Source: Octopus sinensis
Lineage: Eukaryota
Length of the DNA stretch: 64,000 nucleotides
Assembly (NCBI RefSeq): GCF_006345805.1
Contig: NC_043013.1
Location: 24,862,001 to 24,926,000, forward strand
Direction: 5' to 3'
The notes beneath the pieces are model-generated. The model had not been told where the DNA came from. It saw only the letters and a program-made list of their open reading frames with translations, and searched no databases. How positions within the stretch are numbered: the first letter of the stretch is position 1; every line of letters starts with the position of its first letter. The translations under genes and the position numbers were made by a program. Positions 1 to 11,668 of the stretch are shown piece after piece.

Positions 1-600
1 TTTCCTAACCAAATTTTTTTTGGTAGTGGGGTGGTAGAGCAGGTTATTTGGAGAGTGTTTAATTGTTTCTCTTTTTCGAAACAGAATGCTGCTATTAGCC
101 CTGTAATATCTACCTCTGGTGGCACTTACTCTATTTTAATCCAAGACGTTCTGCGTCCCAGATATGAGGGGAATAATTCCACTTCTTTTGTTTTAAGGGT
201 TTTCATGGAGTGTCCTCTTGCTTTATCCACTGAGTTGGACCTCACTTCTGTTGAAACAAATTTTTGGCCTCGGGCCACATGGACAGGCGCGTTATTTTTC
301 AATTTTTTTTTCCTTTGTAATGTTCGCTATTTTTTCTTCTCAATATCAAAACTTTTGTAGATAATTGTTTTGTTATTTCTTTGAGATGTAATCTCACTTG
401 GTAGGGAGATGCAAACATCTCCCCCGTCGACCGACAACATCCCAAAGCAAGCTTGGTACTCCGACCTTGATATTTTCATATTTTGGTGTGATACATTAGT
501 CACAGTAGCGTATTTTTTCTTTCTTCTTTTTTTTTTGTTATTTTCGATATTTTCGATAACAGGAGCAATTTGTTCGGATTCCATTATTATTTTTTTAATT
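1..600 (-). mobile_element. Degenerate ORF1 of an L1/Tx1-like non-LTR retrotransposon (runs off the window start)
   Basis: Minus-strand translation across a frameshift and a stop gives ...VARGQKFVSTEVR...ELFPSYLGRRTSWIKIE*VPPEVD. This shares motifs with the element at 33.3-34.4 kb ([21 protein letters not shown]). Clade assignment is inference. Confidence 0.5.
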
Positions 601-1734
601 TTCCACGAAAAAATACAACTATTCTCTTACGAGAAAAATATTTTTAAACTCTACAGAGAGTGATAGAAACAGTTCAAGGCAGTAAATATGACAACAGTTC
701 ACTCCATTCACCCGTAGGGGAGGCACACAAATTTTCGACAATGCCTGCAAGCAGGACAAATTTTTCAATAACAAACAACTATACCTTAACAGTAGAAAAC
801 ACAACAGGCAAATCCAAGTCGGAGTAACACAATTCACAAAGAAAAAGCAACGATGACAAACTCGTAGATCATTCAACACAGCACATATGACACCCTTTTG
901 CCAGAGCAAAACATTCTTTATTCCTAAAGGGATAGTCCCTTTTGAAGTGCAGCTCGCCACAACCATAACACGGTTTGGGCCTTGTTTATTTTATTTTTTG
1001 TTTGTCATAAGTCGACATGCCTGTACATTTATGTCGATGTTATTCCCCTTTTTAAGCCTCATCAGAAAGGTCGGGGTGTTTGTAATAGATTATATTTCAT
1101 TGAGTTGAGAAAGGCATAGTTCTGAATTCTCATTTGAATTCTCGGTTTCACTTCCTGCTCATTCCAAGGGAAAAGAAAGCAGTAACCTACATATTACTAA
1201 TTATCATCATCATCATTATCGTTTTGACAATTTTGTCTATACTGGCATGTGTTGTATAGGTCTGTTGTATTGCATATCATCATACTTCTTGATCGTACAT
1301 CACCTAATTTGTTAAATCCTGAATCCTCAGGTCACTGTTCACTACTTCTTCCATTGTCTCTCACTTGGTCTTTCTCTGCTCTGGTTATCTTCCATTGTCA
1401 TCATGCAGCAACATTTTCACCAAGTAGATATCATTCACTCACACAACACTCCAAACCAACGTGTCATACAAAAAAAAACAATAGATAGAAAGGTGTTTTC
1501 GTGTTGCAATATGGACTAGACAAACTGGATGAAACAACCTCGCTTCTACTGAATCATCTCCAGATTAATTACAGCTACCGTCACATCTCTTGTATTATTT
1601 TCGTTGAAATATGCATTGCCCTTATAATCCATTGCAAAAATCTCAGACTGTGTGATTGTTTTAATGTCTGTAGCTATAAGTCTAAACCCCGTCGTTCCTT
1701 CTAACATTCAATAGCGTTCTTGTTTATTTCCCAG

Positions 1735-1811
1735 GAAGAAGAAAGAATATGGATACTAGAAAACATAAAGATGAGAAAATGTAAGACGTTCGTCCCCAAA
1801 TCTGATAATGT
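1735..1811 (+). CDS. TRPM2: TRPM2-like exon ([26 protein letters not shown])
   Basis: ttcccag acceptor and GT|gtaagt donor; phase 0 to 2. Resembles the MHR1 start motif (W-I-x-x-N...R-x-C-x-x-F-x-P). Confidence 0.8.
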
Positions 1812-4800
1812 GTAAGTAGACAATAATTCCTACTTTAGCTTTTACTCTTTACATATATAAACTTAGATATTTGATCGGTTTTAAATAAAAAAAAGATACA
1901 GTAAATCAATCACAGTATATCACTTGCGTTTATCGATCACAGAGAAATGGAAAGCAAATTCACTCTTAGTTGGGATTCAACCATTTGACATTTTGTCAAG
2001 ATACGTATCCTTCCAGCCTTGATGCTAAACATAGTATTGATAATTTAAACTCAAGAAAACAATTTTTTTCAGCGAAAGAAATTAAATGATGAATGTTAAT
2101 GCCTTTCTCAAAAACCAGCATAAACCAAGTAAATTGGTTTCAGTCAAGGATTTAGATGATCCGTTGATTCAACATATTACTTATCAAACTTGAAAACCGG
2201 TTCGTTGGACCACATCCCGCACCACCATCAGAACGATTAATGCTCATAGAATCTACTGAATACAATCTCTGTATTAGTGGATTCTTCTGTATAGAAAGCA
2301 GTTTGGGTAACATTTGATCAATGGAACAGATTATGTTAAATAGAACGTGATATTTTTGATGCATACTATTTATTTGATGTACAGCAAATTGGCAGAGTTG
2401 TTACAGCCTTGCATTATCTGTTCTGGCTCTCTGGACCTTGAAGTCAACTTTGCCCTTCATTCCTTCGGAGTCAAGTAAAGAAAGCGACTCCTTGTAATAT
2501 CTGCTCCAGCTTTTTGCATTCTGAATTTATATTGGTCATATTACTGGAGTCCCATGAAGCTACTGTGAACTGTTGTTGACATCTCAGTTCAATAAAAGAA
2601 AATAATAATAGTTCATGGAACTCCAATGGAATCGCAAAAGCTAATGTGGCATGGATTTATAAGAACTAAATGTTTCTGTGAAAATTGTGAAGAAAAGAAA
2701 AAGGAGAAATGCAGTTTTATAAAGCAAAAGTATTAAGTTTATAGAATAGGAAAAGGTGTAGAACTAATGGTGAAAAGTTCAGCGTGAGATTTAGGAATAA
2801 GACACATTAGGAAAACCAGATAAGAAGTAAATATATTGAGTAGGACTGGGTAGAAGTTATTACAGCTTCTTTGTTTAGAGACGTTTAGGCTGTTTAGAGC
2901 ATGAGAAGGAGAGAAGAGAAACAGGAGAAATGGCACATCTACCATCAAGTAGTTGCTGTCACATGGACAAACTATGGATAACCAAAGTTACCAACAAACT
3001 TATGTAGAAAGGATGTTTGTAAGTATCACTTGGCTATACTAATACAACAATTTTTCAACAATTCTGCAATGAATTTACAAGAAACCATTGCCATGAAATA
3101 CATCACACAACATAAAACGAAACTTAATAGGAAAACATTGTTGAAAACAAAACAATTTCTCGACAGAATTACCCTCACCACCAGAAGAATAATTTTGGAA
3201 ACAAACCCAAAATCTTACCCTGATAGATGAAAAAATTTCCAATTGTCAAAATTAAAATCGAGGTGGTTATATCACTATCTAAACATCACTCTTTTGCCTG
3301 TCGTTATAAAACTGACCATATGTAACACATGCCACCAAGAGCTATTTAATGCACCCAAAAGGCAAGACCGTGAATTTAGAAATTTCTTGATGAACCGATA
3401 TGGAACATGAAAATAATTTGGTTTTTAATAATACACATTTAAAGGAAGCGTACGTGCGTGTGTGCGTACGTACGTTTGTGTGTGTGTACATAAAGGTTAA
3501 TGTGATAAACTATACCCTTGACGACAGTACTCTAGCATACCCACAGTCAATGACTGAAAAGAATATATGATGTGTGTGTAAGCAACAATAAGGTGTCATG
3601 TGTGCTAGAAATGTATACAGTAAAAATCAAAATGAGGCGGCTTGAAAACGATTGACAAGAAAGGGTAATTTGATATAGAAATCCTCTCTCAGCTTTCGGA
3701 TACGGAATCAACGTAGTTTCGGTGCATTTAAAATCTGAATATTTGCTTTCATAGTAATACTTATCTGGATATACTGGTGATTGTTAATATTACTGAAGTA
3801 ATAGACATTATAGAGAAAGAGACTTAAAACGTGAAAGCACCAACATACGAGTGAGACAAAAAATTAGATAAATACTTAAAGAACACGGTTTTTTGACCAG
3901 GCACAAAAAAACAGCAAATAGAATATGATAATAAAATAATAAACATGAAAAGTGGAAAAATGAAACATCTTATTGAATCTGATAATATTTTATAACAAAT
4001 CATGCCTATTGAGGAGGCCAAACGTCAACAATGTGTTGAAGTATCGAATCAAAAGGATCTCTTTTAATCCAATCTCTTGTCGCCACGTAAACTCAACTTT
4101 TTAGTGGGGAAACTACCCAATTTTTATGGCAATTTTTTAATAGGTGTAAGATAGCCAAAAAGTACCAACAATTGTTACGTACATTAAACAATTTGTATGC
4201 ATTCTCGTATGTGTTAATAAACATCAAAATATATAAGTATTCTTTTCATAATAAATGTACTGTGTAAGGCGGCGAGCTGGTAGAAACTTTAGCACGCCGG
4301 GCGAAATGTTTAGCAACATTTCGTCTGCCGTTACGTTCTCAGTTCAATATTCCGCCGAGGTCGACTTTGCCTTTCATCCTTTCGGGGTTGATTAAATAAG
4401 TACCAGTTACGCACTGGGGTCGATATAATCGACTTAATCCGTTTGTCTGTCCTTGTTTGTCCTCCCTGTGTTTAGCCCCTTGTGGGTAGTAAAGAAATAG
4501 GTATTTCGTCTGTCTTTATGTTCAAAGTTCAAATTCCGCCGAGGTCGACTTTGTCTTTTATCCTTTCGGGGTCGATAAATATGTACCAGTCAATGTTATC
4601 GACATACCTCATTACCCCGAAATTGCTGGCCTTGTACCAAAATTTGAAATCATTATTATCATCAATGCATGTATTGTAATTTTCAGTCAATGAACCAAAT
4701 CCCTCTATTGAAGATTTAATTAAGATTTTTAAGGCGCAGGCTGTTTGAGAAAACTGTTAAATACAATCAGTATGTTCCATACATTTTTACATACATAGAA

Positions 4801-7028
4801 TGTAATTCTTTAATTTACGACATTGTGAATCTTTTCACTTTGACTGGCAGATTTTAAAAATAATTTCTTTGTAACTAAACACTTTTAAACTTCGTATACT
4901 GGTAGAATGTATCACATAAAACATCTTTCTCTCTTGGCGTTCTTGAGAAAATTATGTAGTTTGTAAGCTATTTCTTGTTTAATTTCTTGTATTTCGGCAA
5001 TTTCAACCAATCAGTGACGTCTATTGAGGTGAATACAATTACTGCTGTTGCTTGCCAACAACTTCCGGTGGTGTCTATTTCGAGATCGATACTAGGGTCA
5101 TAATTATGGGTGGACACTAAATAGGAACGGTTTTGTTATCCAGCTCTGTTTACGAGTGATCCATCAGTTTATGGTCACAAAATGTTTATATTTGCAGCTT
5201 ATTTACATTGCTGAAGAAAAAAATGCCCTTCCCCCACCCTCACCCTAACCCCGCATATATAAAAAAATAAAAATTTTACGGAAAATCACGATCTTCTACT
5301 TCAAATGTAAACAAATACACGTAACGCCGGAAGTTGTTGTTGAAGTTGTTGGCAAACAACAGCAGTAATTGTATTCACCTCAATAGACGTCATTGGTTGG
5401 TTGAAATAGCCGAAATACAAGAAATTAAACAAGAAATAGCTTACAAACTACATAATTTTCTCAAGAACGCCAAGAGAAAAAGATGTTTTATGTGACACAT
5501 TCTACCAATATACGAAGTTTAAAAGTGTTTAGTTACAAAGAAATTATTTTTAAAATCTGCCGGTCAAGGTGAAAAGATCCTAAGTAGTGTTTGACTTACA
5601 TTTGACATAATGTATTAAATGTTTAAGAAACAAAACAGGATGGTCTTGACTTAAAGGAATTTAAAGTTGTGTGGTTTATGTAGGAAAAGCATTAAGTAGG
5701 AAAGTAGGAAAGGCATTGTAAAACTATTCGTTGAAATTGCACGAAATAATTTCATGATGAGCAATATGCGGGATGCAGGCGTGGCTGTGTGGTAAGAAGC
5801 TTGCTTCCCACACTACATGGTTCCAAGTTCAGTCCCACTGCGTGGCACCTTGGGTAAAACTTTTTTCTATAACCTCCAGCCGATCAAAGCTTTGTGAGTG
5901 AATTTGACAGACGGTAACTGAAAGAAGCTCTTGTGTGTGTGTGTCTGTCTGTCGGTCTTTGCGTTTTGTATTTGTCCCCCACCACCATTTGACAAATAGT
6001 GTTGGTGTGTTTACGAGCCACAACATAGCGATTCGGAAAAAGAGATCAATAGAATAAGTACTGGGATCAATTCATTCAACAAAAAATTCTTCGAGGCGGT
6101 GCTCCAGCATGGCCGCTGTCTAAATGACTAGAACAAATAAAAATAATTAAAGATATTGTTAACAGAAAGTGGATAATTCCCTTTATCAGCCCCTGGTTGT
6201 CATTAACCCTTAACCGACACCATGGGATCAATACGACCCCAGACTTCTGATCCAAACAGTCAGGTTTTATGATTCAATATTCCACCAAATTCTTATTTAA
6301 TGTTCTTATTGTCTACGCTCATGCAATTTTGTCTCCACTAAAACTTTTTAAAGAACTGTTGATTTGGTTGATCTCTCCGCACGCTCAGCGCAGATTGGGG
6401 ACGTCTCAAACACCTCCAAATGTGAAACAGATAATTTGCAGCTGTAGAACTTTTGCCAAAAGTACCTTCAGCTGTTCCAAGCACCTCCCAGCATCATTCA
6501 TCACAACACAATAGATGCTTCATTTGCCCAAGAATAAAGGACAAGAAGACCAGGTTCATCTGCATGGATGCAACAACTCCGTATGTGAAGAACATAGCAA
6601 GAAGGTCTGCAATCAGTGCCAGGATTAAAATGTTTACACGTAAAATGCTGTAAAATGTTATTTAGACTAAATACTGTTTGATAAAGATAAAAGAACTGAA
6701 CTTTTTTCTGGTATCTAAATGCATTTTTAATTATAGGGCCACACTGATCCCAAGGCACCTCTAACGTAATTTTTTTCATGGTGCTACATCAAGGTTAATT
6801 ATGTTTTCTACCTGATTGGCACGCGTACCTTTTCTGTTTTTTTCCTTCCAAATCAAGATCTGTTGACTAGAAACATTTATAGTTGTTGTTTAGGCCTGGT
6901 CAAACCTGATTCAGCAGACCTATATTGAAAGGTCTTCCACCTGTTACGTGTCCAGTTTTATATATTAGGAATTACAATCTCTAATGTATACTTATGTATA
7001 TGTGTTTGTGTATATATGTAATTATGTG

Positions 7029-7068
<40 letters not shown>

Positions 7069-9647
7069 GTGTGAGTATGTATATGCATGCATGCATCATC
7101 ATCATCAATAACATTTAACATCGGTTTTCCATGCTGGTATTAGTTTGACATGAATTGACTAGCTCAGGGGCTGCACCATGTTCCAAAGTCTGTTTTGTCT
7201 TGGTTTCTATGGTTGTACGCCCTCCCTAACGCCAACCACTTTGTAGAATGTATTGGATGCTTTTTATGTGGTACCATCACCAGTGCTTTTTACGTGACAC
7301 CAGCAACCACACCAATGCTTTTTTTTTTGTAGCACATTAGTTTTAGGATCTCAATTCTGTTCTTGAGTACAGTAATGCTCAGCATTCTGAGGTCGGCCTT
7401 CATCCCATGTCTTCTTACATCTCATTCTTCCACGAATTCCAACCACTTCAAGTTATCAGCAATTCTTTATGGAGCTGTCAACATCCATCCGCATCACATG
7501 ATCATACCATCACGATCTCCTCTCGTGCACACTGCATATAACTTCTCTCTCAATGCACCAGTGCTCTCTGCTGCACATACACACTGACATTGCACATCCA
7601 GTGGAGCATACCAGCTTCGTTCCTCTCCAACCTTCGCATCTCCTCCGCATTCAGGGACCACATCTCACTACCATGCAGCATCGAAGTTTGTACACATGCA
7701 TTATACAATCCTCTCTTTACTCAGAGAGAGAGAAACCTTAGTTGCCAACAAAAGTAAAAGCTCTCTGAACTTTCTCCTATTCTTATTTTTAAAATTTCAC
7801 ATTCTGTACAACCTCATCCCTAGGTCACAAGAATTATCTTTAACTTCCAGGGAGCCACTAGGACATTTGCAGAAATCAGTTTCCTATACATCTGAGATCT
7901 TTATGGCTCTTGTCCATCTTCTACATAAAAACACTACTTTCTCTGTTAACCTTCCTACTACCGGGGTTTTCCGAAAATCCGCCTATCCATTAGATCGCCC
8001 ATGGGTGGTTATTTGATGTTAAAAGTTGAAACAGAGTTAGTGTTCTTGTTTGCATTTTGTTTAGACGTTCATTTGCTCTAAGTCTATAGGTAAATTCAAA
8101 GGATCTTTATTCCCAATAATGGAGTCGAAAGAAAATATATCAAACGTGTTCAACGATCATATACCATTAGTGAAAAATTGAATGCTATTAAACTTCCATA
8201 TTACCACCCATGGTCGGTGGTTATTTAAGCCCAAAAATAGTTTTGTAAAATAGAATTTTCCGTTTAAAGCCCCGGGCGGATTTTCGGAAAACCCCGGTAT
8301 TCCACTGCATTGAGTAATGAATAGAATTTCTGCCTACACCCTCCCTTCGAGAATTTATCCCTGAATTAGTGGTTTGGACTTTAGCTGTTCTTTCTAGCGT
8401 AAAGGATTCCTAGAATGGAAACTTCTTAATGTGTTTAAATGTACACTGTATTATATGTGTGTATGCATATATATGTGTGTAGATATATATATATATGGCT
8501 TAATGAAAGCCGGAAGATGGAATATGCAAGAATTTTTACTATTAATCACGACAATTGTTTCGATACATCTAGCATCGATCTCTCACGGGTGTACCCTTAA
8601 CAACTGGTTCAGGAGCATCCGGTGGTGCAGATGTGTCTCATCGGGTGATAAATAGACACAACTCGTTAAAATAACAGTTCCACAATGTAACTTCTCCATT
8701 TGTTGGCAGAAAAGCTGCAAAACGAAGGAAATATCTCCATTTATGTAGATCAAAAACAAAATCACAGATGCAAAAAAGAAACAGGTACGCAATACAGCAA
8801 GAAAAGTATTTAAATAAACAGATAAGGATGTGTAAACGCCTTCGTGCATGCTGCATGGCGCGTGTACACTCGCTCATACAAGCATCCGCAAAAATGTAAG
8901 CATACGCACACGTGTGGATTGGTGCACTCACGATCACAAATTGGGTTAAATAGCTACTTGATGTTTACAAGAATGGGGAGATGAAAATTAAATTTAAATC
9001 ATCCACACCTTAAAGTAAACTATGTTAAAAATTACTCAAATTCGTTCCCACTGCATTGTGCGAAAGTATAGTTATATGCATGTAGTCATTTTGAGAGTCT
9101 TTCAGAAATTCTATTAATGATCTTCTCATTGGTCCACAGAATAGACAGGGATTCCTCGGAGCAGAGTTGGCATCTCCTGGAAATGATATTGCATGGTTTC
9201 GTGTGCCTTACTATGGACCAAGTTACGTTGTGCTTAATTTTATCTTCCTTCAGTCGCCGTACAATATCGATCAAAGATGTTGAATGTCTCTTATTGATTC
9301 TCTTAAAGCTGGTGATGTGGTTGCGATAATGATTCTTAAACGAATCAACCGTCTGCTCAATGTAAACGTACGGCCCTCCACTTGTGTACACGGTACATTT
9401 ATATACAAGATCTGTACTCATACAGAGATTTATCAATGAGCATTTCGATTTTTCTCTACATGAGCATTTATCATTTATTATATAATTATTTGTATATATG
9501 GCAGTTGTGACTTCATTTTCCGACGTTGTTATCGTCTTAGCTATATCATAAGCAATTCTGCTATTACAATTTGGCAGTAATTGATGCTTTTCATAGCGTT
9601 TTACATCTCCTTTGCTCATATTTAGATGCGTATGTTCGCTAGATCCA

Positions 9648-9714
<67 letters not shown>

Positions 9715-9883
9715 GAGAATTCACAAAAATACAAAAGACGAAGACAAGTGGTGTAGACAAAAAACAGGTGTATTAGTTTAACGCTCGGGAAGTGAAAAAG
9801 TCTTTAACGTTTCGAGCCTACAATCTTCCACAGAAAGGAACAAGGAGAGAAAATAAAGAATGTGTAGTGGCTAGCGATCTATC

Positions 9884-9915
<32 letters not shown>

Positions 9916-10177
9916 ATGCACAATCAAGATGCAGAGATGGCATATAATGAACAAGGTAATGTAAAGGTATTCCAAAGTCAGTCAGCCACATGTGAATCGG
10001 TGCCGATTTTCTTCCTCCGTCTTCCTTTCTATTGGACTTTTCTCTGTTTCTGAAGAAGAACGTTATTCGAAACGTTAAACCATCTTTCTTTCCCTCCCTG
10101 AGCGTCTGCTAATACTTTACATGCACCACACCCTCGCGTTGTTTTTTTGTGTTTGTTGTTCTTTTTGGGGGATTTAC

Positions 10178-10274
<97 letters not shown>

Positions 10275-11600
10275 CAATGATGACTTAGGTGGTTGAAACT
10301 TTGAAGTCGCTGTTAGCACTAATCTTGTTAAAGAGCAATCAGTATGTACTCTACAAAAAGTATTGAGTAATCCTTCAGGTTAATGTAAAATTGATCTTAT
10401 AACTTAATATAAAAGGAAACATCAACATCGTCGTCGTCGTCGTTTAACGTCCATTTTCCATGCTGGCATGGATAGAGCAGTTGACAGGAGCCAGTCAGAC
10501 AGAAAAGCTACCCTAGGCTATTGTGTCTGTTTTGGCAGGGTTTTTACGGCTGGATGTCCTTCCTGACATCAACCACTCAGCAGAGAGGATTCAGTGCTTT
10601 TTACGTGACACTAGCACAGGCGATGTTAGTTTTGGCATGATTTTTACTGCTGGATGCCCTTTCAAACGCCAACCATGTTATAGAGTGGACTGGATGTTTT
10701 TAACGTGGCACCAGCACTGGAAGGGTAACCAAGTAACCCACAAGACAAGGAATGATAAGAGGGTCAGGGCATTTGAGGAGGGGAACTTGTGTCAGAGGAT
10801 GAAAGGTTAGAGTGTGACAAAGAGACAGAGACAGAAGCAGGTGTTTTTCCACAATAGAGGGTGACATTAGAGGAGGTGACCCCGGATCAAATGATGAAAG
10901 GTTGGAGTGCAACATAAATAGAGGCAGATATAGGTGTCTTGCTATAGAGGAGGTACATAGTTACTCAATGAGAGAGGGGGGAAAGAGATAAAGATTGAGA
11001 GAGAAGTACAAGAAATATATATGAATTTGAACTATTGAGTCGTTCGGAAAGTTTGTGCCGATTTATAGTAGCTTACCTTTCGACTTATTTTAGAACATGG
11101 TTGAGTCCATAAAATAGGATTTGACTACACCTCCATTTAGAGCACAGTTTAAGCTATCTTTTCGTGGAAGAAGGTTTATGTTCCTATAACCTGTGTTAAT
11201 TCTGTAACCCTTTAAAATAGAAGATAAGAAAGTTCATTTTCGGCACTTGGTGCTTTTGGAACCAGACAAAAATTGCCGCAGCAGGTCTGGGATGTGTTAC
11301 CCCACTCTCCATATTCACCAAATATTGCTCCTTCGGATTTCCACTTATTCAGGTCTCTGCAGAATAGTTTTAATGGTAAAAACTTCAATTCTTTGGATGA
11401 CGTAAAAAGATACCTTCATGAATTCTTTGTCATGAAACAATCTCTATTCTGGGAAGAGGGTATTTTCAAGTTAAAGAAAAGATGGAGACGCATTGGGCAA
11501 CAAAATGGTTCATATTTGGTTGATTAAAAATGTAATGGCAAGTATTTATTGTCCTTTTTCTTTCCTTTAAAAATCAGCACGAACTTTCCGGACAACCCAA

Positions 11601-11668
<68 letters not shown>

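Noticed and set aside
2150-3420. Possible decayed coding or Penelope-like sequence
   Set aside because: Short open stretches without a recognisable motif; not supportable without a search.
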